From: Eledone cirrhosa
Lineage: Eukaryota
Direction: 5' to 3'
Length of the DNA: 64,000 nt
Assembly (NCBI GenBank): GCA_964016885.1
Contig: OZ024742.1
Location: 207,080,001-207,144,000, forward strand
Shown here: one piece after another, positions 1 to 13,000 of the stretch
How positions within the stretch are numbered: the stretch's first letter is position 1
Layout of the letters: each line of letters begins with the position of its first letter
Made by a program: the position numbers and the translations under genes
Notes under the pieces: generated by a model
Told to the model about the DNA's origin: nothing
The model's input: the letters and a program-made list of their open reading frames with translations, nothing else
Databases searched by the model: none

Positions 1-11
1 CCCCTTTACTT

Positions 12-45
12 TCCTCAGAAGAGATATTATCTCGAAATATCAGGA
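12..45 (+). ncRNA. degenerate minimal type I hammerhead-like motif (CAGAAGA core)
   Basis: TCCT-CAGAAGA-GATATTATCTC-GAAA-TA-TC-AGGA; stem I TCCT/AGGA; stem II register ambiguous. Confidence 0.35.
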
Positions 46-299
46 TATACAAATAAATTTAAGGTAAAAGACTAATTGTCAGCAATAGCTTTTGCATTTG
101 TATTTATATTCTATATCTATACCTGCATTGTTCTGGCCTTCTAACTCCAAACATTTTTACGCAATGCTTCAAGTAAACTACAATTTCCCTCACATATATA
201 GAGAGAGTTTGTCTTACTGGACTCAGGGGCCCTCTATACCCCTCCATTTTACAGCATGGACTAGGTGCTTTTATTCGTGCCACTAGCACTAGAGAGGTT

Positions 300-496
300 G
301 TCTATCCCAGTAGAACGAAGATGCAGTAGAAGAAGACCATGAAAAACATGGGCGGGGGTGGTGAGAGCAGACCTCAGATCCCTGAAGCACATGGAGGAGA
401 TGGCGAAAGACCATGACAAGTGGAGAGATGCTGTGCTTAATAGGACTCATCCCACCCTTGCAAGCAGGGAAAAGCGGACGTAAAATTATGATGATA
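300..496 (+). mobile_element. RTE LINE 3'-end fragment
   Basis: Ends cccttgcaagcagggaaaagcggacgtaaaattatgatgat, like the (GAT)n-tailed RTE 3' ends at 39850 and 44380. Confidence 0.55.
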
Positions 497-630
497 TATA
501 TATATACACATATATACATATTTATATATGTGTGTGTGTGTATAAAATAAAGGATGGTTTTCTGAAGATCAGTAAGAAAAGGTACTCAGTTAAATAAGGT
601 ACTCAATACAGTAGTAAGGAAGAAGTATAT

Positions 631-668
<38 letters not shown>

Positions 669-671
669 TAT

Positions 672-1012
672 TCATGAGTGAACAATTATAATATTATAAT
701 ATTAGTAATATTTGGTTCCTTTGCAAGCAAACAACCTCATAGCCCCATATGTGTTTCTATATGACTGACGTCAGTAGCAGAGAGAAAATAGTTGACAATT
801 GTTTCACAATTATTGCCCCTTCTCTCGTCACTGCTACTCACTGGAGCTGTTAAGAATATATAGTATTCTCAAAGGTATACATTGGCACATTAGCCTAATT
901 TGCATACCAAGTGATGTTACGGCTGGCTTTGCAGAAAATTGAAAACAAAATTTGTTTTTGCTCTAACATGTGGATATAAAATGCATTTGTTAGAGTCAAA
1001 ACAAATTTTGTT
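672..1012 (-). mobile_element. non-coding PLE-terminus/retrozyme-like unit with octamer, TATATA and core-deleted HHR remnant (773-838)
   Basis: ATTTGCAT 898-905, TATATA 857-862; minus strand GAAACAATTGTC (794-805) inside long stem AGTAGCAG..GAGAGAA/TTCTCTCTGCTACT; TA-rich flanks. Confidence 0.5.
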
Positions 1013-1039
1013 TATATATAAATATATACTAAAGCCTTC

Positions 1040-2200
1040 CCTGGGAAAGAATGGACTGCCCAGAACAAGTTAGTTATTAGTGACATCACAATATAAACAA
1101 AAGACAGAATAAGACATGCAGGGAAATATGGAGACGGAATGTGTGGAAGCTAAAGAACCTGTCGGTTAAATATACGTTTCAAAAGGCCCTACATGATGCA
1201 CTTGATGATAGGGGATGACACGTTAGATACATATAATGTAGAGGACAACCGAACATTCTTACGTGACGAACTATTGTGAACTACTAGCAAGACATGTGGA
1301 TGGAGCTTTACTTTAGACAGACAGATCTAATGGTGGAACAGCATAATAGATACAGCCATTAAACTCAAGAGACAAGCATGACAAGACTGGAAAAATGGGG
1401 GTAGCAGAGACCAGTACCAAGTTGCTAAGAAAGAAGCTAGGCAACAGGTATACTCAGCTCAAAGAGCGGTTGAAAAAAGTAAATTTGCTAATGTCTTGAG
1501 ACATGGGGATCAGAGATGTGAAGTGTTCTGTATTGCAAGGCAGTGTGTTAGAGGGAATTGAGATGTTGTTGGGGGAACATGTGTTAGAAATGATGCTGGT
1601 GCACTTAGCACCACAGATGCCCAAAAGAAAGAGGCCTGTAAATGTTATTATGAGAGATTGATGAATGTAGAGAATGAATGGGAGGAAAGAAAACTACACC
1701 CAACTTACCCAACAGAAGGAACAGCTACTGAAATTGATAGTTTTGGGGTCAAAGACATAATCAAAGAGATGAAGAATGGTAAAGCTGCAAGACCATCAGA
1801 AATATTTGCTAAGATGCTAACAGCATCAGGAGAGGTAGGAGTCAAACTAGTAACCCACATAGTAAATCAAGTAATACAGGACGGAGTCATACCCAATGAT
1901 TGGCGCAGCAGTACAATCATAAATTGCTACAAGGGCAAATGTTGTGCCCTAGAAAGCAGCAACTATAGAGGAATAAAACTAATGGACCAATTATGAAAGT
2001 GACAGAAAGAGTTATAGCGCAGCTAATTATGGATAGATTCAAAATAGATTAGATACAGTTTGACTTCGGGCCTGGGAAAAGTACTACAGATGCCCTCTTC
2101 TTAGTGAGGCAACTACAACAGAAGTTCCTTACCAAAAATAAACCACTATATCTAGCTTTTGTTGACCTAGAGAATGCCTTTGACAGAGTCAAAACTAAAG
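1040..2200 (+). mobile_element. RTE-clade LINE reverse transcriptase remnant
   Basis: ORF 1658-1996 MKNGKAARP..IPNDWRSSTIINCYKGK..NYRGIKL, followed by a YLAFVDLE-AFDRV-type segment; homologous to 41380-42048. Confidence 0.85.
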
Positions 2201-2694
2201 TGCTAGATAGTTGGATAGAGGGTGAGACACAGATTTCCCAGAGAAGTGGCCATGCTCAGTTGACAGAAAAGGAGTAGGCACGAATATTGGGTAATGACCA
2301 AATGTATATGATCCCAAATACAAGTGGCCAAACTGGGGTTCCTTCGAAGGGTCTTTGGCGTAATGTTCTCAATAGAGTGCATAACTCAGAGATCAGAAAA
2401 TCACTCCAAGTAGAGCCACTGCTTCCCCATATTGAGAGATCACAACTCTGATACTATGGGCATGTGGTTAGAATGTCTCAGAAAAGAATCGCTGGACAGA
2501 TTTTACAGGCAAAATAAAGCAACAGGACACCCAGGGATAAATCCCAATTAAGATGGTTGGATAATGATACTAATGGAATTTGCCTGGTATACAGAAGCAA
2601 ATCATGGAAAAGTTTGGAAAGGACTTAGAGAAATAATGAGAAGGTCAACTCATGGTATGGTAGCAAAAAATATCAGGGTATGATGTTCATCAAT

Positions 2695-3527
2695 CAGAGC
2701 CAGATTTAGAAGTTGAACACAAAAAATGAAAATGCACAAAAAACCCATTAAGTTTACATTTCAATGTGTGCTTGGCATATGTAATTGGGATTGTCAAGTT
2801 ATACATACAGATTTTAAATGAAAAAATCTGTTCCCCTTCATTTTAAGTGCACTTTCTAAACTAAACGTACTTTAAAATACACACAAATATATATATATAT
2901 ATATATACATTTATAAATACACCCATACACACATGCATACATATATACTCCATATTATTGCATACATTTTGGGTGGTGGATTGGCAGTATCGGTAGAGGG
3001 TCGGACGCCATGCTTTCCAGCATAGTTACGTCCCTTTATGATCTGAGTTCAAATCCCGCCGAGGTTGACTTTGCCTTTCATCCTTACGGGGTCGATAAAA
3101 TAAAGTACCAGTAATGCACTGGGTAATTTGCTGGCCTTGTGCCTAAAGTAGAAACAATTATTGCATACATTTTGACAATCACATCCCTTTACCTTATACG
3201 ACAGCCATCTCATGTTGCTAAAGTAAAGAAATTTTGATGAATTGCCATAAATATTTTTTTTATAAAATGTTGTCCTGATAACAATTTGATGACTCTAAAG
3301 TAATGAAATTTCGATGGACCGACCATAGGATTGATATTAAATACTTTTTGTTAAAAGTATTGGTTTGGTTTATCTAAAAGATAAAATAAGAAGCCCCATC
3401 AGGTGGCATGACTTTGGCAGTTCATGGGCACATCTATTTTACTAGGCCCCACATCTGCCGATATGGTCCACAGCTGATGGTGGCCTGGGGAAAATTCCCT
3501 GTCTGCCCTACTATAAATCTGGCCCTG
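2695..3527 (+). mobile_element. non-autonomous hAT-like DNA transposon (MITE) containing a SINE
   Basis: TIRs CAGAGCCAGATTTA / TAAATCTGGCCCTG; 8-bp flanks TCATCAAT vs TTGTCGAT differ only as CpG decay of TCGTCGAT would predict. Confidence 0.5.
2972..3156 (+). mobile_element. tRNA-derived SINE (family A, Meta-like central domain)
   Basis: A box TGGCAGTATCGG, B box GAGTTCAAATCC, core GCCTTTCATCCTTACGGGGTCGATAAAATAAAGTACCAG; 18-bp TSD ATTATTGCATACATTTTG (2954-2971/3157-3174). Confidence 0.9.
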
Positions 3528-3806
3528 TTGTCGATACTACTCCTAGACATGAAATAGCGTATCAATTTAGGAGATAAACTGAACCTAATATTAAACTGAA
3601 CCTAAGAATTAAAGTGGTAGAAAAATCAGAAACTCCTATACAATCTCTGATCAGTGGGACATACCCTTTTAAGAAAATCCCCTGTACTGATAGAAACTGA
3701 ATAGTATGTAAGATAAAACCACAGGTGAACTGCAAAACTAGAAATGCAACCTATAGGATAAAGTATACAGATAGACGGTGCAGAAATATGAAAACAACAT
3801 ACATAA

Positions 3807-3822
3807 GAGAGAGAGAGGGAGG

Positions 3823-3908
<86 letters not shown>
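3807..3908. repeat. (GA)n microsatellite
   Basis: direct reading. Confidence 0.95.
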
Positions 3909-3911
<3 letters not shown>

Positions 3912-4057
3912 AAAAGAACACTGGTGAGAATTCAAAGATGAGAAAAGCTCATCATTGTCATAATAACATGCCAAACTCGAACATGGGGGCTCTCAATAGA
4001 TAACATAGAAATAAAGATCCTATCCTCACATAGAACTGACACAAGACACAGACAAAA

Positions 4058-4199
4058 TAATTGGTACTTTATTTTATCGACCCCATAAGGATGAAAGGCA
4101 AAGTTAACCTTGGCGGGATTTGAACTCAGACCGTAAAGGGACGTAACTATGCTAGAAACCATGGCATCCAACCCTCTACCGATACTGCCAATTCACTGC
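4058..4199 (-). mobile_element. SINE family A (3'-truncated)
   Basis: reverse complement of 2972-3156. Confidence 0.85.
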
Positions 4200-4590
4200 A
4201 CATATATAACAGAGCGAGCTTCAACAGAAAAGGACAAAAGGAAGAGTAAAGCCCCCACTCCACAACCTAACAACTGAGGATACAATAGGACACATATGAA
4301 AGAGAAAAAACAAACAAAGGAAGACACAGAGAAATATATAAACTTACACATGCACATAACACGCAAACAAACTCACACATGAACACATATACCAAACCCA
4401 AAGACACACACACATTCACATTGGTGCAGACACAAACCCATGTGCAGGCAGGGAAACATACCCAAGAAAGATAAGATAGAGGAAACAAAATATGACCTGG
4501 AAGAAAAGGAGGCACATCGGAAAACAAATGGTTATTGAGGAAGTCACAGAATGTGTGATGAATGAACTTTGACAAACTAATAACTAATAA

Positions 4591-4766
4591 CTGTTTCTAC
4601 TTTTGGCACAAGGCCAGTAATTATCCCAGTGTATTACTGGTACTTTATTTAATCAACCCCGTAAGGATGAAAGGCAAAGTTAACCTCAGTGGGATTTGAA
4701 CTCAGAATGGCAAGGGCCGTAACTCTATGCTTGGCGTCCGACCCTCTACCGATACTGCCAATCCAC
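4591..4766 (-). mobile_element. SINE family A
   Basis: full copy; TSD ATAACTAATAA at 4580-4590 and 4767-4777. Confidence 0.85.
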
Positions 4767-4885
4767 ATAACTAATAATAAAGCTGAAATGAAAATGAAAT
4801 TGAACTTGTGTTGTTTATTGGCAATATTGGCAACATGACCATCCCCAAATATAACAAAATATATATATAAATATATATATATACC

Positions 4886-5542
4886 ATGCCCGCGCAGTCT
4901 GCCGCTCCACCGCCCTCACCCCATGCTCCCACGCCCCCTCTCATTATCTCCCTTTCCCCCCTCACCTACCAACCCTCCAACCTACCCCTCCACCGCACCA
5001 TCCTCAACCTCTTCCGACGCCTCCAGTCCGACCCCTCTACCTCCCCCATCTTCCCACCCCCTCCTTCAAACGCGCGTGCAGCAATCTCCACAACCTCCTC
5101 GTCCGCAGCTCCCTACCTCCCCCGGTTCCCTTCCATGCTCCAGACCTCACTGCCACACCTGCCCTTACATTACCAACATCACCACCTTCCAGGGTCCCAA
5201 TGGCCTCTCTCTCTCTCTGTTCGGCATGCCTTCCGCTGCACCTCCTCCAACCTCGTCTATGGAGTTTGCTGTACGGAGTGCAGCGCAACCTATGTCGGAC
5301 AGACTGGATGTCGCCTGGCAGATCGGTTCACGGAGCATCTCCGAGACATTCGTCTCAGCGGGAGTTCCCCCATCGCCCGCCACTTTAGTTCCGCTGGACA
5401 CTCCGCCAGCAACCTCACCGTCTGCGACCTGATTGAATGCCATGGAACCACCGATATCCGGCTTAGGGACGAACAACACACGATCTTCACCCCACAGACC
5501 CACACACCCCCGGGATTGAACTCCCCACTGCTCTTCCTTTAG
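4886..5542 (+). mobile_element. Penelope-like element (Neptune-type) linker + GIY-YIG endonuclease remnant
   Basis: CSRPHCHTC knuckle (4923 frame), frameshifted into FRCTSSNLVYGVCCTECSATYVGQTGCRLADRFTEH...PIARHF...E...PPGLN. Confidence 0.85.
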
Positions 5543-5994
5543 CTTTCGACCGTTCCCTTCCCCTACACACACACCCAACTAACACCACTAAAACACTCCC
5601 AATATTCACCGGCCCCTCCACTTCCAGCCACCCCCACCCCCTTGCTCCACCCCACTAATAATAATACGAACAACACCCACCCCTCCCACTATCACTCACG
5701 GACCCACAGCCTCAACACGCACACACACACCAGTATATATATATATATTTAATACATTAACAGAGAAAGCCTTAAGCGATACTCTGACCAACTCCATCTC
5801 ATTCAACAAACGTTAGGATATACCTAAGTATTCTCCCAATTTAGTGTTTGGGGTGCTAACTAATCAGTATTTGTGGGTAGCTGGTTGTATTATTTTATAT
5901 GAGACAATTAAATAAATATCTCTTTCCTTCGAGAAGCATTAAACCTATCACAGCCCACTTACCTGGCAAAACAGAGGCTATATATATATATATA

Positions 5995-6090
5995 TTTATT
6001 AAAATAACAGATTCAAGTTTAAGCAAAGAATCGCTGCTTTCACCCTTATCGAGCCCTCTTTGGATTTTAGTCTTCAAATTTATTATTATT
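5995..6090 (-). mobile_element. PLE terminal (pLTR) fragment with HHR-like 3' half
   Basis: GGGT-GAAA-GCA..TGC-TT-AAACTT..GTTATTTTAATAAA shared with 23553-23624, 34815-34882 and partly 54312-54440. Confidence 0.5.
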
Positions 6091-6178
6091 ACTATATATA
6101 TATATATATTTCGTTTCTGAATTATTGGCAACATGACCCTCCCAAAGTATAACAATATATATATATATATATATATAT

Positions 6179-6385
6179 AGGAATGAGTAGGACCCCGACG
6201 GCTGAGCTCAAGCCGTTTCGACGGCTAATTCGACGGCTAATTCTGAGTCCAGAATTAGCCGTCGAAACGGCTTGAGCTCAGCCGTCGGGGTCCTACTCGT
6301 TCCTGTTACCCACTCTACTACCCTAAGTATTGAGTACTTTGGTGCTTTATGGTCCACCTGGTTCCTTACCACATTTCCTCCGTTA
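6179..6385 (+). mobile_element. pLTR fragment with fold-back inverted duplication of an HHR 3' half
   Basis: arms ~6179-6245/6250-6304; GAAA-CGGC-TTGAGCTCA-GCCG-TC-GGGGTC at 6264-6292; same family as 27845-27941, 29895-30033, 33266-33380. Confidence 0.75.
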
Positions 6386-7730
6386 TATATATATATATAT
6401 ACACTCACTCACACTATTAACACACCCCACTACCACCACTAACCCCCATCCACGCATCCACATCCGACCACCCCACTACTAATTCTACTACCCCCCCCCC
6501 CCAACCCACACCACCCCTTCGCAACGCACACAGGAACACACACCAGCATATATACTCACCCACACCTACGTACACACCTATACACAACCCACTCCACACC
6601 CACACTACCACAATTAACCCCCCCCCCCCAAACACCCGTACCCCCCCCCCCCCCCCCCCCCCACCATCCCCACTGATAATACTAACACCGACCCTACCAA
6701 CACACACACACTCGCACCCAAACACAAACTCACTCATACGGGACCCAGCACCTTCTCTCTCTCTCTCTCCCTGTACTACCAACACCCCCATATACACATC
6801 CTACTAAAACCTCCACTAATATACACCCTCCCCCCTAAACGCACCGCCACGCTCTCCCTCAACTTTTCACACTAACCCACCTCCTCTCCTGTCCACCGCA
6901 CCCACCAGCCACACCACCTGCCAGCTACCACTCGACTGTCTCTCCCTTACCCTTTTGACTTCTATCTCCCCTCGCTCTCTCGCATCATTCGCTCAGCCTT
7001 CTCCACCACCTGCCTTGATCATCTTGACCACTTCCTGTTGCGCGCGCCCCACAACTTTCTACTTCCTCCTCACCAATTCCACGGATCCTACACCGCTGGT
7101 CATTCTCTTTGTACATTTACCCGAGAACATCCGGGATTTTTTACCAACCGACCACACACTCACCGGTAAAACATTCAGGAACACACACTCACAGACAAAC
7201 ACTTACATCATTTTCGCACACACGCAACCATACATTCCCACGTATCCACACTGCACAAAAACACACACACACGTGCGTATCCTCACATACACCCATTCTG
7301 CCTCCGTACTCCGCACGCCCCCTCTCCCCTACCCCTTCCTCCCCCTCTTCATCCACACGCACACACACACAGACTTACACCCCACCCCATGTACAAACTG
7401 GTTTTCCTATTACCCGAGCATGGAACTCCGTTCTTTCCCAAACTCTCACTCACATCCACACATACACACACACACGCACGTAGACCTACACACATACACA
7501 CACCACCACCTTCCGCCCTTCCCGCTCAGACCCCCTGTTTCCTTCACCTCCACTTCATCCACCCACCACCACCTCCTCATGCCTCACACCCTTTCACCAC
7601 TTGTTTTCATTTTAATTTTTTTACCTCATTTTAATTTTTTTTCCTTCATATTGATTTTTTTCCCTCTTTTTAATGTCTTTCCACCACTCCCCCTCACACC
7701 CTTTCGGATCACTTTTCCTTCCCACCTTTC

Positions 7731-7760
7731 TCCTGATGATGGGCTTATGCCGAAACGTCA
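7731..7760 (+). ncRNA. minimal hammerhead core, stem I lost
   Basis: CTGATGA-TG-GGC-TTAT-GCC-GAAA-CG-TC; at the end of a C-rich tract downstream of the 4886 PLE. Confidence 0.5.
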
Positions 7761-7846
7761 CCCCCACCCCCACTCTCAAGCGTGAACCTAATACCAACAC
7801 TGTTCGTACTGCATTCTTCGTTATTGTTTTTTGTTTTTTACTTATA

Positions 7847-7901
<55 letters not shown>

Positions 7902-8374
7902 TCGTGCGTGTGTGTGTGTGTGTGCAAAGGGTAAACAGAAATAACAAAAATAACAAAACAAATGGCACAGTACATGAAAGAAATATATTAGTTTAATGCT
8001 TGAAATATCAAGAAGATAGTCTTAATGATTCGGACACTAGTCGTTCATGAGAAAATAGAGTTGGAAATATAACATAAATAGAAAGTGAAGAGTGATGAGA
8101 GATAGGTGCAGGAAAAATGAAAAGAAAAATTGGGAGAAAAAAAACATATATTCAGTCGCGATCATGGGTATATATTGTTATATTTGATACATTAATATCA
8201 CACCCACACAAAGTCGTTTATCTTAATGATTAATGTATGAGTGCACTCTGAGTAATGGGTTTGTATTTCTAATAATATAACCCTGATTATATCATTGAGT
8301 GGGTAAGGAAATAATTGAAGCTGTATTGATTCTCTTTGAATAGCTACGTAAACCTATATATATATATATATATT

Positions 8375-8835
8375 GGGGCTCTGAAATAGCGATATATATA
8401 TGAATGTATATATGGTGTATTTTGCAATACACTGTATGCTTAATTAAAAGCCTTTTGAAGACCATACGCTAAAGTGTTTTAAAGTGTATTGCAAAATACA
8501 CCATATATACATTCATATATATATATATATCGCTATTTCAGAGCACCAAGTCTAATTTTCAATTTCTGCTGGAGCGGCGACCGTTATGTATGGTCAGTTC
8601 CTGATTATTACTGGAATTCTGTGGGAGTCCAACACACATCATTTTGAGCAAACATGAGGAGTAGTGAGCTTTGATAAGTACCAAACAATACGAAACAGAG
8701 CTCTGTCAGTTTATCTCCCCTGTTCGCTGAAAATTTAAATAAGTGACATTGTCACTATTTTAAAACAATAACGTATGGTCTTCAAAATACTTTTAATTAA
8801 GCATACACTGTATTGCAAAATACACCATATAAACA

Positions 8836-8840
<5 letters not shown>
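8375..8840 (+). mobile_element. non-coding pLTR/retrozyme-like unit with inverted terminal duplication
   Basis: 8400-8468 is the reverse complement of 8772-8840; 8375-8433 inverted vs 8483-8547; (TA)n flanks; contains an HHR. Confidence 0.65.
8658..8718 (+). ncRNA. type I hammerhead ribozyme, U3-A8 core variant
   Basis: TGAGCT-TTGATAA-GTA-CCAAACAA-TAC-GAAA-CAGAGCTCTG-TC-AGTTTA; palindromic stem III ACAGAGCTCTGT; GUC cleavage triplet; stem I extends GGAG/CTCC. Confidence 0.75.
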
Positions 8841-8914
<74 letters not shown>

Positions 8915-9222
8915 CGATTGATCGATTGATTGCTGAAAAATTGAACTCAGTTACCACACTGGTATACTTAGCAAACTGGATAGCAAGACTAAAAAAATAA
9001 TCAATATTGGTAGCATTTGAAGTGTTTAGTTCTACATTCTAGAATTCCATTAATCTCCTTGCATTCTTTTTCATTTGCTTAATTCAAGGAAGATCAAACA
9101 GAAAATAAGTTAGTTGAAGTAGGTAAAGTTTTTCCCCAGGTGTAAAACTATTTAAATGTGGCTTCGTATGTATACTACCGGCACTATATCGAATGTATGA
9201 CATACATACACACCCATCATAT

Positions 9223-9406
<184 letters not shown>

Positions 9407-9736
9407 TATATTTGTCACTTTATTACAAATCTATTGATTTTCCTTTGGTAGAATCTTGCTGGTTGAGAAACCGTTTTGAATATTGCGTAATATTACAGTG
9501 AATATTGTTCAATTTTAATATCGTTAGATATATCTCTAAAATAATTTTCTTAGAGATATGTAAATTTGTTCTGGTTGCTTCTGAAATTGTTAAATAATAT
9601 TCTTTTACATTTTAAAAATATCTTCTATTTTTATTTTATTCTTTACCTTTGAAAAATTTGAAATTTTTCTTCAAAATGGCTCCCATAGGATTTGAATTCA
9701 TTCCTTTCAACAATTGTGGAATCTTTGGCTAATGAA

Positions 9737-10033
9737 TAATTGTTTCTATTTTTGGCACAAGGCCAGCAATTATCTAGTGCATTACTGGTACTTTATTTTA
9801 TCGACCCCGTAAAGATGATAGGCAAAGTTAACCTCGGCGGGATTTGAACTCAGAATGGCAAGGACCGTAACTCTATGCGTCAAAGCATGGCGTCCGATCC
9901 TCTACCGATACTACCAATCAACCGCTAATAATAATAATAATAATTGTTTCTACTGTTGGCACAAGGCCAGCAATTGCATAGTGCATTACTGGTACTTTAT
10001 TTTATCGACCCCGTAAGGAAGAAAGGTAAAGTT
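9737..10033 (-). mobile_element. SINE family A, one full copy plus one 5'-truncated copy
   Basis: reverse-complement matches to family A, separated by (TAA)n. Confidence 0.85.
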
Positions 10034-10051
10034 AATAATAATAATAATAAT

Positions 10052-13000
10052 ACATAAAGTAGACATTAAGGACAGTACAGGACAATACAGGACGGTACAA
10101 AAGAGCATTTCTGCGTGTAAAAAAACAAAAAAACAGACGATGTAATAATAGAACAATGAAAAACAAAAAAACAGACGATGTAATAATAGAACAATGAAAA
10201 ACTTCCCCAATAGGGGGGGGGGGGGAGACTTCTCAGGGACATTCGTGGAGAAAGCCCATTAAAAAGCCACAGTGACCCTGACCACCAGGGCAAGTGCCCT
10301 CTCCCAGTTTTCCACCTTTAATTTACAGACACATACTCAGAGTAGGCTCATTCACTCGGGCCATTCTTGCCTCTCTCACCCATCTTTCAACAAAATGCTG
10401 GGAAGAGAGCACTTCCCTCTCAACCCTGATTTTCCTTTTCAAATGAAATTTGAAAAAGTTAATCAGGGCAACACCGAAGAGGTAAGTGCTCGTGTTCAGC
10501 CCTTTCAAACGTGTCCACCGTACTATCTCTTTCGCCATGGCCACCAAACATATAAAAACTGCCTGCCCTTCCCGGCTAAAGGTAGATGGCGGGAGCAATC
10601 CTCACGATGGACTCAGTTGAAAGCCGGATCAATCATACACGCGACAGCAGGTGTTCGACATAAACCCACAAGTCAGCAATGCTCGGACAATGGATGAGTG
10701 CGTGCAGGATGGTTTCGTCGCCCTGCGCGCATCTCGGACATGCCCGGCTGACGGCACCTCCATGCCTGTAGAGTTTATCCCGAACTGGCAAAGCTCCTCG
10801 GTAGCACTGCCAGGCCAGAGATTTCTGGAAGTTGTCCATAGGCCCCGGCCCGAAAGTTCTTCCGAAGAGATTGGCTAGTTGATTGTTGTCGACGCCTAGA
10901 GTTTGCCCAACTACGTCGTCGCTCTTCCTCTCCGCTAATCCTCTATAGAACGCCAAGATAGAGTTTCCACCGATCACATTACCCGATTGGTCGAGCTCTG
11001 TGAGCGCCTGAAGAGATTCCAGTCTCCAAGCGAGCTGAGGAAAGACGCGTCTAGCAAACGGCGACCACACTTGAGCACCGTCGAGGAAGAAGTGGAGATA
11101 TCGTAGTCTGAGCGCGTGTCCGCGCATCATCAGCCACGGCATGCCCAGCCCTCCACGTAGCGGGTGTTGACAGCAGATGGACCGCCTGACCACCAGAGCG
11201 CGTCCCTTCCACGATAAGCGAAAGAGCAAACGCTCCAGCTCAGTCAGGCGGGGCTTAGGACAAGGTACAACAGTCAGGGGGTAGTAGATGACGGACACGA
11301 TGTACGCGTTAGCTACCTCCGCTCGACATTTCAGGGATAGCTTCCTCTCCGCCCATTTCTGGGTGAGAGAAGCCACCCTGCTCGTCACGTCGTCCCAGTT
11401 TTTGTCCGTCTGGAGGTCCGGACTGAACCAGACCCCTAGCAATTTAAGCGGTCCGTCCGTCCAGCGCCCGACGACGCTGTTGGACGGCATGGACCTGCCT
11501 CTCCAGGTGCCGAGCTGCAGGCCCACTGACTATTCCTGGTTGATCATTGCTCCTGTCACCGCTTCGTATTCTCTTAGTGTAGTGCCGATCGTCTCGATGC
11601 GTTTGGCGTTCGACACCACTACGGTGACATCGTCCGCATATGCTGACACGGTTCTTCCGCATCCTAGTTCGCGCGGGAACCCCCTCAACGCTCCAGTTTG
11701 TGCAGTAATGGCTCGAGAGTCAATTTTACAAGAGGGACGAGAGGTGACATCCTTGGCGGACCGAGCGCATGATGTTAAACGGTTCCGAAAGGTGACCGTT
11801 CACTCTCACCACAGAGCAGATATCGCTGTGCATGGCAGCGATCCAGCCTCTGAAGACGGGCCCAAAGCCAGCCACCCTCAGGACTGCCGCTAGGTAACGA
11901 TGGTCGACCCTATCGAAATCTTTCGACTGATCTAAATTGATCAAGGAACCACCCGTGCCAGGTTCCCTAGCTACCCTCTCTACGATGTATCGCATGAGGT
12001 GGATGTTGTCGTGGATGGATCTGTCGGGAATGGCGCATGTCTGCGCCTCTTCCACCAGACCACCAATGACAAGCGCCAACCTCTTTGCTAGCACCTTGGC
12101 CAAAATCTTGAACTCTGTGTTTAGTAGAGTTATGGGCCTAAAATTATCTATGTTATCCCCCTTGTTCGGATCCTTTCTCAGCAGCGCCACAGCTCCTCGG
12201 CTCACAGAACTGGGAATTCCCCCGTTCTGTTGCCAGTTGCAGTAGACGTCCGCCAAGCGGCCTACGAACAAGTTTGGCATCTGTACGTAAAGTTCATAGG
12301 GCAGACCATCCAAACCAAGCGATTTACCCCTTTTGCAGCCAGTCATTGCCTCCCGTACTTCAACGGCTGTTATCGGCTTTTAGCAACACTCCGCCTCAGT
12401 GGCCGAGAGCCGCGCCAGTCCATCGAGGTAGACACTAAAGTCCATCCCTCGATCAGCTGTGCGAAGTGTCGCTGAAAAGCTTCACACATTTGCCCCGGAT
12501 TGAGTAGCATGCGCCCGTCGTGGTCCACCAAAAACCGGATCGTGGCCTTGTTGCCACGACGCGCCTACGCCACTCGGGCCCATTGAACGGCTTTTGTCCC
12601 CTCGTGTCTGAGAGCACGCACCCTAGCTCTGACAACGCAGCCTTCGTGCTTTGCATTGAAGAATTGGTCAAGGGCCAATTTCGCCGCAAGTACGTCGGTC
12701 GCGATGCCTTGGCTAAGCGCCTCATCTAATTTTCTAACTAGTTCTCCCTCTGCTCTATTTTTCTCTATTGCTAAAGCCTTACTAAACCTAATGGACTCTA
12801 TTCTAATTGCTCTTTTCAGAGCAAACCCCCACTTGTTGTTGACGATGGCCCCAGTCAACGCCCGCTTAACTAGTTCGCTAATCCGGTCTCTGTATGCCTT
12901 GCGCGCTGGTAAGGACTCATTTAGCTTCCAGTAGCCGGTTCCTCGTCTATGAAGCCTATCTAAGTCAAGCACACATGACACTATGCGATTTGTCCAAGTC

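Noticed and set aside
6417-7785. 276-aa Pro/His/Thr ORF and neighbours
   Set aside because: C-rich low-complexity tract, probably a PLE 3' UTR; no recognisable motif
8015-8055. Minus-strand CTCATGA..GTCC-GAAT motif
   Set aside because: Too many core changes to call an HHR
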